Assembly (NCBI GenBank): GCA_965248355.1
Contig: OZ252098.1
Span: forward strand, 4,096,001 to 4,160,000
From: Candidatus Latescibacterota bacterium
Lineage (GTDB): Bacteria; Latescibacterota; UBA2968; UBA8231
Direction: 5' to 3'
DNA: 64,000 bases
The notes below the pieces were generated by a model. That model did no database searches, was not told where the DNA came from, and saw only the letters and a list, made by a program, of their open reading frames with translations. Shown here piece by piece: positions 23,913 through 33,842 of the stretch (the stretch's first letter is position 1; every line of letters starts with the position of its first letter). Position numbers and translations under genes: made by a program.

Positions 23913-24836
23913 ATGCCCCCCATGCCCAAATCCGAGCAGATCTGGTTCAACGGGGAGTTCCTGCCCTGGGAAGAGGCCCGCATCCACGTCCTGTCCCACG
24001 TGGTGCACTACGGTTCCTCCGTCTTCGAGGGGATCCGGTGCTATGCCACGACGAAGGGGCCGGCGGTCTTTCGCCTGCAGGATCACGTGGCCCGGCTCTT
24101 CGACTCGGCCAAGATCTACCGCATGGAGATTCCCTACGACCGCGATCAGGTGTCGGCGGCGATCCTGGAGACGATCCGGGTCAACCAGCTGCAGGCCTGC
24201 TACATCCGGCCCGTTGTCTTCCGCGGCTACGGTTCCCTCGGCGTCGATCCCCTGTCCTGCCCGGTGGACACGGTCATCGCCGTCTGGGAATGGGGGGAAT
24301 ACCTCGGCGAGGAGGCCCTGAAGCGGGGCGTCTCGGTCTGCACGTCGTCGTGGAACCGCTCGGCGCCCAACACCATGCCCAATCTCGCCAAGGCCGGGGG
24401 GAATTACCTCAACTCCCAGCTGGTGCGCATGGAGGCCAATGCCAACGGCTATGACGAGGGGATCGTCCTGGGTACCGACGGCCTGGTCAGCGAGGGCAGC
24501 GGGGAGAACGTCTTTCTGGTGAAAGGCGGCACGATCCACACCCCCGCCTCCCACCATTCCCTCCTGCCGGGCATCACCCGCCACACGGCCATCACCTTGG
24601 CCGGAGACCTGGGCCTGGAGGTCCAGTCCGGCGCCATCCCCCGCGAACTCCTCTACATCGCCGACGAGGTGTTCTTCACGGGGACCGCGGCGGAGATTTC
24701 CCCGGTTCGCGCCATCGACAAGATCCCCATCGGCTCGGGCACCCGGGGTCCGGTGACCGAGCGCCTGCAGGCCCGGTTCTTTCAGACCATCAACGCCGAG
24801 GTGGACGATCGCCACGGCTGGCTCACCTTCGTATAG
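23913..24836 (+). CDS. ilvE: branched-chain amino acid aminotransferase
   Basis: [52 protein letters not shown]. Confidence 0.96.
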   Translation: MPPMPKSEQIWFNGEFLPWEEARIHVLSHVVHYGSSVFEGIRCYATTKGPAVFRLQDHVARLFDSAKIYRMEIPYDRDQVSAAILETIRVNQLQACYIRPVVFRGYGSLGVDPLSCPVDTVIAVWEWGEYLGEEALKRGVSVCTSSWNRSAPNTMPNLAKAGGNYLNSQLVRMEANANGYDEGIVLGTDGLVSEGSGENVFLVKGGTIHTPASHHSLLPGITRHTAITLAGDLGLEVQSGAIPRELLYIADEVFFTGTAAEISPVRAIDKIPIGSGTRGPVTERLQARFFQTINAEVDDRHGWLTFV

Positions 24837-24898
24837 GGGGCATCGAGGTCCCCCCCGGCCTCCCGCGGGACCTCCCTTCGTATCTGCAAAGCCATCAA

Positions 24899-24938
24899 GA
24901 TCAACAGCTTACGACAGGACCTCGGCAAGGGGTTCGCT
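24899..24938 (+). promoter_or_regulatory. putative IHF site plus sigma54-type -24/-12 element upstream of the TBDR locus
   Basis: GATCAACAGCTTA (consensus WATCAANNNNTTR) followed by CGGCAAGGGGTTCGCT (GG-N10-GC). Confidence 0.35.
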
Positions 24939-24993
24939 GAGCTCCGGCCATGACGGAGCCCTCGCGGGCAGCAGGGGGATCCGCATGCAGTGT

Positions 24994-25022
24994 TTGGAAA
25001 CTTGCGATCTGCGCCGTAATAT
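24994..25022 (+). promoter_or_regulatory. putative sigma70 promoter of the TBDR locus
   Basis: TTGGAA-N17-TAATAT. Confidence 0.5.
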
Positions 25023-25188
25023 TCGGTCGTCCTGTCGCAGGAACGGGTGCTCCAGTGACGCCCGCCCGGCCGTCGCCCGTTGCGTCGACAAAGGCGACGC
25101 CAGGATCGCAGCGGTCCGTCAGCGAGGAGGCAACCGGTCAGGCCCCGGCGATTGGGATTTCTCGTCTCTCTGCAGGGAGGAGTGACCG

Positions 25189-28100
25189 ATGGACCGGAAG
25201 ATGCACTGGCACGTGGCGCTCGTCGCGGCGTGCATGCTCGCCGTTGCCGTATCACCCGCGAGGGCGGGCGACGGCAAGCTCAGCGGTACCGTCAAGGACA
25301 AACAGAGCGGTGACGCTCTCATCCGCGCCAGCGTTGTCCTTGAGGGCACCGAGTTGGGCACGGTGACCGACAAGGACGGCCGTTTCTTCATCCTCAACGT
25401 GGCCCCGGGCACTTACAGCGTGCGGGCCAGCTACGTCGGCTATGCGCCAGTCGTCGTCAAGGGCGTGCGCGTCTCCGCCGACCTGACGACGGAGGTGGAG
25501 GTGCGGGCTTCCACCGAGGCGGTCCAGGCCGGCGTCGTCGTGATCGAGGCCGAGCGCCCGATCATCGACAAGAACGCCACCAACGCGGTGCGCATCGTCG
25601 CCGCGGAGGACCTGGAGATCCTGCCCTTCCGCGGCGTGGGCAACCTGCTGACGCTGCAGGCCGGCGTCGTCGAGGACGAGGGAGCCCTGCACATCCGTGG
25701 CTCCCGCTCCGACGAGATCGCCTATTACGTCGAAGGCGCCAGCGTGCGCAACGTGGTCACCGGCGGCCGGGCGGTGAGTCTCATCGACGAGGCCCTGGAG
25801 GAGATCCAGCTGCACGCCGGCGGGTTCAACGCCGAGTACGGCGGCGCCAACGCCGGCGTCGTCCTGCAGGAGATGCGCACCGGGTCGAGGGACCTGCGGA
25901 TCACGCTGCTCTCCGAGACCGACAACTTCGCCTCCGATGGGGAGCAGTTCCTCGACACGTACTCCTATGGATACAGCAACCAGGTGCTGACGCTGCAGGG
26001 CTCGGTGGCGGGCAACGAACGCATCCGGTTCTTCCTCGCCAGCCAGCGGGTCTCCGTCGGTTCGCCGGCCGTGTTCTGGGACGGCATCAGCTTCGAGCAT
26101 GGCGTGGACGGCGTCGACCTGACCGACACGGGCGACCGCGGCGGCCGCGTCCACTGGACCGACACGGACGGAGACGGCCAGCCCGACCCGGACGTCCTGG
26201 AGAGCCTGGAGCTCCAGCCGGGGAACCTCGAGCATTCCGGCGCCGGGGCACTCGACTTCAACGGCACCCTGCTCTTCGACTGGGAGCGGGTCAAGTTCCA
26301 GTTGACCGGACTGTATTCCAAGGGTTCGCGGGAATACAATGAGGCGCCGATCCGCAACATGCTGAACACGGGCCGCCTGCCCGAGGCCGATCAGAGCTCG
26401 AGCCTGGTCAACTTCAGGGCCACCCATTTGCTCGATCCCAGCATGTTCTACGAGGTCAATGTCAGCCGCTACGATCAGGCGCGGGAGATCTACGATTCGG
26501 TCTTCAAGGGCCACTGGTGGGTCTACAACGACAGCTTCTCCGTGGCCGGCGCCGGCGAGGACTTTACGACCTACAGTTCCGTGGGCACCAATCCGAACCC
26601 CATGGACATATCCGGGTTCCCCTTCAACCGGCCGGGGACACCCACCTCCCTGGGCGGCAGCGACCGCGCCAGTGTCTACCTGGACGAGAGGGATGACTAC
26701 TGGGGGCTGGGCGCGAGTCTGACCAAGCAGACGGACAATCACGCCCTCAAGGTCGGGATCGACTACCAGGCCTGGACCACCCGCCGCTACCAGGCGATCC
26801 TCAACTCCGTGCGCGCCGCCATCGCCCGGACCTACCCGAAGCTCGACGCCGTGTACGACCGCTACTACGAGGGGGAGATCGAGCAGGGCGACATCCTCGA
26901 GGAGCTGATTCGCACGGCCCAGGGCAACGCCGAGGGCGAGGGCAACGAGGAGGAGTTCCAGGCGCTGTTGCGCAACACCATGCGCCACGATCACTTCGGC
27001 TACGACGTCTACGGCCGGGAGACGGAGGCCTCCGGACTGGAGGCGCCGCGCCGGCCGGTCCTGGGCGCCGCCTACATTCAGGACAAGATCGAGTACAATG
27101 ACCTGATCGTGAACGCCGGCCTGCGCATCGACTACTTCGACGTCGACAGCTGGCGCTTCAAGGACCAGGCCTCGCCGGTGCGGGACCCGAAGAACTACAC
27201 CATGGACCTGGCCTCCATGCAGAAGACCCGGACCTTCACCGAGATCAGCCCGCGCCTGGGCTTCTCCTTCCCCGTGTCGGACCGCACCGTGTTCCACGTC
27301 CAGTACGGCCGCTTCTCGCAGATGCCGGCCATGCGCAGCATGTTCACCGGCGGTGCCCAGCTGGCGCAGGAGCTCGGCGGCCAGAACTACATCCCGCAAC
27401 CCACGGCCTTCGACATCGAGCCCATGCGCACCACCCAGTACGAGATCGGCTTCGACCGCCAGTTCTCGGACGCGGCCTCCTTCGACATCACCGGATTCTA
27501 CCGCGATGTGAAGGGGCAGATCCAGATCGCCCGCCAGGAGATCGCCTCCACTGCGGTGAACGTCGAGTCCTTCAACTACCTGCAGAACGGGGATTTTGCC
27601 ACCACCAAGGGCCTGGAGTTCGTGTTCAAGCTCCGCCGCACGAACCGCCTGCGGTCGGAGTTCTATTACACACTGTCCGACGCCAGAGGCACGGGATCGA
27701 CGACGGCCTCCGCCGTTTCCGGCATCGAGAATGACAGCAATCTACCCACCATCATCTCGCCGCTGGACTTCAACGAGACCCATCGCGGGGCCCTGTTCCT
27801 CGACTACCGCTTCGCCAAGGGGGACGGCGGCGCGTTGCTCAGCCAACTCGGGACCAACGTCCTGTTCCGCTTCACGAGCGGTCACAACTTCACCTACTCC
27901 ACCGGCTCCCTCGGTCAGACGGGCGCCGAGGAGGGCGGTATCCTGAACGACTTCGACCCGCGCAACCGCAAGCCCCTCGAGTCGATCAACGCTTCGACGA
28001 CGCCATGGACCTTCCAGGTCGATCTGCGCGTCGACAAGGGGTTCGAGCTCATGGGCCTGGAGGCCAAGGTCTACACCTACGTCGAGAACCTGCTCAACCG

Positions 28101-28329
28101 CCGGAACATCATCAACGTCTACCAGCGCAGCGGCAGCGCCACGGATGACGGCTTCCTGGCCAACCCTAACCTCAGCAGCGAGATCATCTCCGCCAGTGGC
28201 GGCCTGTCCTACCAGCAGCTGTACGAGGCGATCAACATCACCAACCGCCAGCACTACTGGTTCAACGTGGGCGGGGATCTGTACGACGAGCCGCGGCAGA
28301 TCCGCTTCGGCATCCAGTTGGGTCTGTGA
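25189..28329 (+). CDS. TonB-dependent receptor with N-terminal carboxypeptidase-regulatory-like domain
   Basis: Signal peptide, GKLSGTVKD...GTVTDKDGRFFILNV.PGTYSV, plug LHIRGSR..E..YYVEG, GGFNAEYG, AYIQDKIE, SPRLGFSFP, C-terminal PRQIRFGIQLGL; RBS GGAGG. Confidence 0.93.
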   Translation: MDRKMHWHVALVAACMLAVAVSPARAGDGKLSGTVKDKQSGDALIRASVVLEGTELGTVTDKDGRFFILNVAPGTYSVRASYVGYAPVVVKGVRVSADLTTEVEVRASTEAVQAGVVVIEAERPIIDKNATNAVRIVAAEDLEILPFRGVGNLLTLQAGVVEDEGALHIRGSRSDEIAYYVEGASVRNVVTGGRAVSLIDEALEEIQLHAGGFNAEYGGANAGVVLQEMRTGSRDLRITLLSETDNFASDGEQFLDTYSYGYSNQVLTLQGSVAGNERIRFFLASQRVSVGSPAVFWDGISFEHGVDGVDLTDTGDRGGRVHWTDTDGDGQPDPDVLESLELQPGNLEHSGAGALDFNGTLLFDWERVKFQLTGLYSKGSREYNEAPIRNMLNTGRLPEADQSSSLVNFRATHLLDPSMFYEVNVSRYDQAREIYDSVFKGHWWVYNDSFSVAGAGEDFTTYSSVGTNPNPMDISGFPFNRPGTPTSLGGSDRASVYLDERDDYWGLGASLTKQTDNHALKVGIDYQAWTTRRYQAILNSVRAAIARTYPKLDAVYDRYYEGEIEQGDILEELIRTAQGNAEGEGNEEEFQALLRNTMRHDHFGYDVYGRETEASGLEAPRRPVLGAAYIQDKIEYNDLIVNAGLRIDYFDVDSWRFKDQASPVRDPKNYTMDLASMQKTRTFTEISPRLGFSFPVSDRTVFHVQYGRFSQMPAMRSMFTGGAQLAQELGGQNYIPQPTAFDIEPMRTTQYEIGFDRQFSDAASFDITGFYRDVKGQIQIARQEIASTAVNVESFNYLQNGDFATTKGLEFVFKLRRTNRLRSEFYYTLSDARGTGSTTASAVSGIENDSNLPTIISPLDFNETHRGALFLDYRFAKGDGGALLSQLGTNVLFRFTSGHNFTYSTGSLGQTGAEEGGILNDFDPRNRKPLESINASTTPWTFQVDLRVDKGFELMGLEAKVYTYVENLLNRRNIINVYQRSGSATDDGFLANPNLSSEIISASGGLSYQQLYEAINITNRQHYWFNVGGDLYDEPRQIRFGIQLGL

Positions 28330-28367
28330 GGCCGGCCATGTCCCCGCACGACAGAAAGAGGAGGCCC

Positions 28368-31300
28368 ATGAGAGCTCTCATCGCCGTGGCGATCCCGCTG
28401 GTTGTGGGCATTACGGCCTTCACCAGTCCCGCCGGGGCCCGAGGCACGGCGCCCGCGCCGGCCGCCAAGGCCGCACAGGACGAGGAGTACGCCTTTGGCG
28501 AGCGCTCCTTGATCAACATCAACAACATGTCCATGTGGTTCCTGCGCGACGGGAACTCGGCCAACAACCCCGTCACCCACGGCTCGGGGGTCACCTACCC
28601 GAGGTCCACGGCCCAGATCATCTACCAGGACGGCCTGATTTGGGGGGGCCTCGTGGCCGACGGCGATCCCCAGGAGCTGCGTGTCGGCGGCCAGACCTAC
28701 GCCATCGGCACCGTGCCCGGCGCCATCCTGTCCAAGGGGGTCGCCGAGGATCCCGAGGATCCCGGCGTCCGCATCTACCGGATTCGCCGCGATTACAAGA
28801 CGGCGGACCTGCGCCTCGACGCCTCGGAGCTGTTCAACAAGGGGCTGAGCCAGGTGACGGAGGCCGATGTGGAGGCTCTCCGCGGACAGTATGACAAGGA
28901 CTGGCGAGAGTGGCCGGCGGCCAAGGGCGCCCCGTTCTACGACAACGATGGCGACGGCGCCTACGATCCGGACGTGGACGCGCCCGGCGTGGCCAACGGC
29001 GATCAGGTGGCCTGGTTCGTGATCAACGATCTCGACGTGGGCGCGGCGACCTCCCTCTACGGGTCCAAACCGATCGGCCTGGAAGTGCAGATCACGATCT
29101 GGGCCTACGCGCGCTCCGACGCCTTGGGGGACGTGATCTTCAAGAAGTACCAGATCGTCTACGAGGGCACGGCCGCCACGCCGGATACCGCCGTCATCAA
29201 CGACATGTACATCTCGCAGTGGTCGGATCCCGACCTCGGGGACTTCGGCGACGATTTCGCGGGAGCCGACATCGACCTGAGCCTGGGCTACGTGTACAAC
29301 GGCCAGAAGAACGACTCCGACTACGTGGGATTCGGATTGGCGCCGCCGGCGGCCGGGTACGACTTCCTCCAGGGGCCGATCGTGCCGGTCCATGTCAAGG
29401 ACGAGAACGGCGAGACCGTGGTGGACGAGGACGGCAACCCCGTCCTGGACGAGACTTCCGAGGCCATCTTCAACTTCCAGAGGCGGAAGGGCTACAAGAA
29501 CCTGCCCATGACCTCCTTCGTGTTCTTCGCCGCCGGCAGCGCTATCGACGACCCGGAGTTGGGCGAGTACGTGGGCACGGAGGAGTGGTACAACCTGCTG
29601 CGCGGCTTCCAGCCGCAGCCCGACATCAACAACCCGGTGCCCTTCACCAATCCCATCACCGGCCTGGACACCAAGTTCACCTTGGACGGCGATCCGACCC
29701 GGGCCACCGGCTGGAACGACGGCATCCCGCTGCCGGCGGGTGACCGGCGCATCGTGCTTGACACCGGGCCTTTCACCATGGCCCTGGGTGACACCCAGGA
29801 GGTGGTCGTGGCCCTCCTCGGCGCCGTGGGCTCGACCCAGTTGCGCAGCGTGGCCAAGCTGAAGTTCACCGACCAGTTCGTACAGGACGCGTACAACAAC
29901 TTCTTCCAGGTTCCTTCGCCTCCGGCCCCGCCCAACGTCAACGTCGTCGAGCTCAGCGGCGGGATCGTGCTGGACTGGGGCTGGGATCCGGATTCGATCA
30001 CGGAGACGGAGACCGTGGCCTCCGAGGGCTACGCCTTCGAGGGTTACAACGTCTACCAGTTGCCGGCGGCCGAGTCCGGTCTCAACCAGGGCGTCCTCGT
30101 GGCCACCTTCGACCGGGTCAACGGCGTCACGACGATTCTGGGCATCTCCCTGGATGACGAATCCGGGATCGTCCTCGACGTGCCGCAGCAGATCGGCGTC
30201 GACGCGGGCATCCGCCGCAACCTCAGGCTCACGACCGACGCCGTGCGCGGGGGGCCCCTCGTCAACGGCCAGAACTACTACTTCGCGGTGACAGCCTACA
30301 ACCGCGCCACTTCCGAGGGCGCGGCGGTCACGACCCTGGAGAGCACACCGCAGCTGCTGATCGTCAAACCCCAGGAGCCGCCCGTGGGCACGCGCTACGG
30401 AGACGAGGCCTTCGAGCCGGTGGAGGTCAGTCACCAGGGATCCAGCGAGGGCGTCGTGGAGGTGACGGTGATCAACCCGACCATGACCACCGGCAACGCG
30501 TACGAAGTCAGCTTCGGTGTTGACGAGGAGTCCGGCGGCACCGTCTGGGCCCTGGCGGACGTGACATCCGGCAAGGCGCTCCTGGATGGCCAGGCCGAGA
30601 TCGGCCCGGGGCAGGAGCGCGTGCCCATCTATTTGGGCGATCACGGCTTCAACATCATGGTCCTGGGCCCGCCTCTGGCCCTGAGCAACTGGGAGTGGGA
30701 GGGCTCCGAGCGCTGGATCTCCGGCGTCAACTGGGGCGGCAGCGGTCTCTTCGGCGGCGCCGACGTGGGTCCCAACTTCCTCGGCTCCTCTCTCGGCGGC
30801 GCGGACCTGAAGGCGGTGGAGATCCGGTTCAGCTGGACGAACACCTCGATGGCCTATCGCTATTTGCGCGGCGGGGATCCCAACTACGGGTACCAGGACT
30901 TCGTCGAGGTCCCCTTCACCGCCTGGGATGTGGACAGCGATCCACCGCGGCAGGTGAACTTCGCCTTCGTCGAGAACGCCGGTTCCGTGTCGGAGAACGG
31001 CACCTGGGACCTGGCCTCGGAGGGCGATGATCGGGCCCTCGGCGGCCGCGAGTACATGTTCGTTCTGGACAGCGACTACAGCGACACCCCGTTGGATCGG
31101 TACACCGGGGCCAACGTGGCGGCAGATGCCGGGTCCATGGACATCCAGGCCGCCATCTGGCCGACACTGCGCGGCGACCGGGAGATGACGGAGATGCTCG
31201 AGGACGGTCAGGTGCTGCGCCTGATCCCCTACCGCGTCAACAGCGTCAACGACGTGTTCTCCTTCACCACCCTCGGCACCTTGTCGAGTTCCGAGTTCCT

Positions 31301-31628
31301 CGAGGCCGATCTGAAAAAGATCAACGTCTTCCCCAATCCCTACTACGCGGTCAACAAGGCAGAGAGCAGCCGCTACCGCCACTTCGTCACCTTCAGCCAC
31401 CTGCCGGACCAGGTGAAGATCTCCATCTTCGACCTGTCCGGCACCATGGTGCGGTTCCTGGAGAAGGACGATGCCAACCAGTTCCTGCGCTGGGAGCTGG
31501 ACAACGAGAACGGACTGCCCGTGGCCTCCGGCATGTACATCGTCCACATCGACATGCCCGGGGTGAAGAAGACCAAGATCCTGAAGGTCGCGGTGATCGC
31601 TGAGCAGCAATTCCTGGAGAACTTCTAG
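28368..31628 (+). CDS. large secreted protein with T9SS/FlgD-Ig-type C-terminal sorting domain
   Basis: Signal peptide, ININN, FN3-like PPAP...VLDW...FEGYNVY...NGQNYYFAVTAY, C-terminal INVFPNPY...ISIFDLSGTMVR...W...NENGLPVASGMYIVHI; RBS GAGGAGG. Confidence 0.85.
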   Translation: MRALIAVAIPLVVGITAFTSPAGARGTAPAPAAKAAQDEEYAFGERSLININNMSMWFLRDGNSANNPVTHGSGVTYPRSTAQIIYQDGLIWGGLVADGDPQELRVGGQTYAIGTVPGAILSKGVAEDPEDPGVRIYRIRRDYKTADLRLDASELFNKGLSQVTEADVEALRGQYDKDWREWPAAKGAPFYDNDGDGAYDPDVDAPGVANGDQVAWFVINDLDVGAATSLYGSKPIGLEVQITIWAYARSDALGDVIFKKYQIVYEGTAATPDTAVINDMYISQWSDPDLGDFGDDFAGADIDLSLGYVYNGQKNDSDYVGFGLAPPAAGYDFLQGPIVPVHVKDENGETVVDEDGNPVLDETSEAIFNFQRRKGYKNLPMTSFVFFAAGSAIDDPELGEYVGTEEWYNLLRGFQPQPDINNPVPFTNPITGLDTKFTLDGDPTRATGWNDGIPLPAGDRRIVLDTGPFTMALGDTQEVVVALLGAVGSTQLRSVAKLKFTDQFVQDAYNNFFQVPSPPAPPNVNVVELSGGIVLDWGWDPDSITETETVASEGYAFEGYNVYQLPAAESGLNQGVLVATFDRVNGVTTILGISLDDESGIVLDVPQQIGVDAGIRRNLRLTTDAVRGGPLVNGQNYYFAVTAYNRATSEGAAVTTLESTPQLLIVKPQEPPVGTRYGDEAFEPVEVSHQGSSEGVVEVTVINPTMTTGNAYEVSFGVDEESGGTVWALADVTSGKALLDGQAEIGPGQERVPIYLGDHGFNIMVLGPPLALSNWEWEGSERWISGVNWGGSGLFGGADVGPNFLGSSLGGADLKAVEIRFSWTNTSMAYRYLRGGDPNYGYQDFVEVPFTAWDVDSDPPRQVNFAFVENAGSVSENGTWDLASEGDDRALGGREYMFVLDSDYSDTPLDRYTGANVAADAGSMDIQAAIWPTLRGDREMTEMLEDGQVLRLIPYRVNSVNDVFSFTTLGTLSSSEFLEADLKKINVFPNPYYAVNKAESSRYRHFVTFSHLPDQVKISIFDLSGTMVRFLEKDDANQFLRWELDNENGLPVASGMYIVHIDMPGVKKTKILKVAVIAEQQFLENF

Positions 31629-31660
31629 GCAGGCGCACGCCACAAGGAGATCGCAATCCA

Positions 31661-32701
31661 ATGACACGCAACAGCAAGATCGCGGCCGTGGTGCTGGCGC
31701 CGACTCTCCTGATGTCGGCCGCTGGTGCCGCGTACGCCGCCGGTCCGGACCGTGCGGGTACCGCTGCCGCCAACGAACTGCTGATTCCGGTGGGGGGCCG
31801 CGCCATGGCCCTGGGGGGCGCTTCGGTGGCGACCACTTCCGGCCTCGAAGCGCTGCACTGGAACCCGGCGGGGCTGTCGCGCGCCTCGAACGACGCCGAG
31901 CTCATGGTGTCCACCATGTCCTACCTGGCGGACGTGCGCGTCAATTACATCGCCGCCGGCGCCCGTTTCGCTTCGGTGGGTTCTTTCGGCCTGGACATCA
32001 AGGCTCTCAACTTCGGCGATATCCCGATCACCACCGAGGATCAGCCGGACGGAACGGGGGGCGAATTCTCTCCGACATTCTTCACCTTGGGGCTCCACTA
32101 CGGCCGTAACCTGACCGACCGCATCTCGGTTGGCGGCACGTCCCACTACGTCATCAACCGCATCGAGCGGGTCGAGGGCACCGCCCTGTCCTTCAGCGCC
32201 GGTCTGCAGTACGCGAATCTGGCCGACGTGGACGGACTGAATCTCGGCGTGGCCGTCAAGCATATCGGCCAGCGCATGCAGTACGACGGCCCCGGCCTGC
32301 TGCGCCGCGGCGGTCTCGACGGCCTGCGCCGGCCTCCGGCGGACTACAAGGTGCAGGCCTCCTCGGCCGACCTGCCGTCCCTGTTCGAGATCGGTCTTGG
32401 CTACCGCTATCGTCCGTCCGGTCTCGGCGAGCTCAACATCCACTCCGTGTTTCGCCACAACAACTACACCTACGATCAGTTCCGCACCGGCGTGGAGTAC
32501 GGCGTGACCAGGATGCTCAGCCTGCGTGCGGGCTTCGATTACGCCTCGAGCTCCGACGAGGACTACCTCTACGGCACGAGCTTCGGTTTCGGCCTGCGGA
32601 CGGATCTCGGGGCGTTGCAGGATGTCCGTGTCGACTACGCGTACACCTCGGTCGACCTCTTCGACCCTCTGAACACTTTTACCTTCCAGGTGGGCTTCTA
32701 A
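31661..32701 (+). CDS. PorV/PorQ family (FadL-like) outer-membrane barrel
   Basis: GTAAANELLIPVGGRAMALGGA...LHWNPAGL, C-terminal FTFQVGF. Confidence 0.87.
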   Translation: MTRNSKIAAVVLAPTLLMSAAGAAYAAGPDRAGTAAANELLIPVGGRAMALGGASVATTSGLEALHWNPAGLSRASNDAELMVSTMSYLADVRVNYIAAGARFASVGSFGLDIKALNFGDIPITTEDQPDGTGGEFSPTFFTLGLHYGRNLTDRISVGGTSHYVINRIERVEGTALSFSAGLQYANLADVDGLNLGVAVKHIGQRMQYDGPGLLRRGGLDGLRRPPADYKVQASSADLPSLFEIGLGYRYRPSGLGELNIHSVFRHNNYTYDQFRTGVEYGVTRMLSLRAGFDYASSSDEDYLYGTSFGFGLRTDLGALQDVRVDYAYTSVDLFDPLNTFTFQVGF

Positions 32702-32705
32702 CAGG

Positions 32706-33725
32706 GTGCGCCGGTCACTCCCTCGTCTCGGGGCCGCACTCCTTCTGGGGTGTGGCCCCGTCCTGTTCGGCTGCCAGAGCTCGGCGCTCACGGCGGGAAA
32801 GCTCTACGTCAATCAGGAGAAGTACGATAAGGCCCGGGAGCAGCTCGAGCTCGCGGTCGAGGAGAAGCCCGACGACCCCGAGGCGTTCTTCCACCTGGGA
32901 TGGGTTCTCGGCCTGCAGGGCGACTACCGGGCCATGGCCGATGCCTTCGACCGGGCCGGGGAGCTGAGTTCCCGGTTCGACGAGAAGATCGCGGAAGAGC
33001 GACGGCGTTACGGGACGCGGATCTACAACCACGGGGTCCTCGCCGCCTCCGGCGACGACCCTGATCTGGAGGCCGCGCGGCGTCACTTCACCCTCACCGT
33101 GCGGGTACTGCCACAAGAGCTCACGGCCTGGCGCAACCTGGCCGTGATCGACTATCAGCTCGGGGATCTGGATGACGCCGTCGCCGGGTTCGAGCACGTT
33201 GTCTCCCAGGCGCCCGACGATACCTCGACCTACCGTATGCTGGGCGACCTCCACCTGAGCCAGCGGCGCTACGAGGAGGCGGGCCTCTGCTTCGAGGAGG
33301 TGCTGAAGCACGGCGACCATCAAGGCGCTCTGGTCCACCTGGCCATGGTCCGCATGGATCAGGACCGGCCGGCGGAGGCCGGGGAGCTGCTGCGGCGCGC
33401 CCTGGCCGCGAACCCGGACTGCTTCGGATGCCACTTCACCCTGGGCAACCTGCACTGGTCCGCTGAGGAATACGAGGTGGCCCGCGGGCACTTCGAGCGA
33501 GCCGTCGACCTGGACGACGGGGACGCGGACGCTCGTTTCAATCTCGCCATCACCTACCTTGCCCTGGAGGAGCTGGATCTCGCTCTCCCCCTGCTCGAGC
33601 GGCTGTCCACCGAGCTTCCGGAAAACGCCTCGGTGTGGCGCGAGCTTGGCCGCATCTACGCCCTGAGGGCCCGTATCCAGGAGAGTGAGGCGGCCTACGA
33701 GAGGGCCACCGCCCTCGGCCAGTAG
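32706..33725 (+). CDS. tetratricopeptide-repeat lipoprotein
   Basis: Lipobox-like LFGC; repeated TPR units (EAFFHLG, AWRNLA, ARFNLA, VWRELG). Confidence 0.85.
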   Translation: MRRSLPRLGAALLLGCGPVLFGCQSSALTAGKLYVNQEKYDKAREQLELAVEEKPDDPEAFFHLGWVLGLQGDYRAMADAFDRAGELSSRFDEKIAEERRRYGTRIYNHGVLAASGDDPDLEAARRHFTLTVRVLPQELTAWRNLAVIDYQLGDLDDAVAGFEHVVSQAPDDTSTYRMLGDLHLSQRRYEEAGLCFEEVLKHGDHQGALVHLAMVRMDQDRPAEAGELLRRALAANPDCFGCHFTLGNLHWSAEEYEVARGHFERAVDLDDGDADARFNLAITYLALEELDLALPLLERLSTELPENASVWRELGRIYALRARIQESEAAYERATALGQ

Positions 33726-33842
33726 CATCCCCGAAATCGGTCGAGGTCCCAGGAAAGACAGTTCCGCCCGATCCAGAAGGCCCCTGCCAGAGGGAGGTTC
33801 AGAGGTCCGCTGCCTGAGGCGACCTTCCCGGACCAGCATGCC

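Noticed and set aside
28254..31667. Very long antisense ORFs (1137 aa here; also 12885-15188, 25252-27399, 36028-38760, 44540-46288, 49590-52043, 55337-57355)
   Set aside because: Each mirrors a well-supported gene on the other strand. Such shadows are expected from high GC3 codon bias, and none has recognisable motifs.
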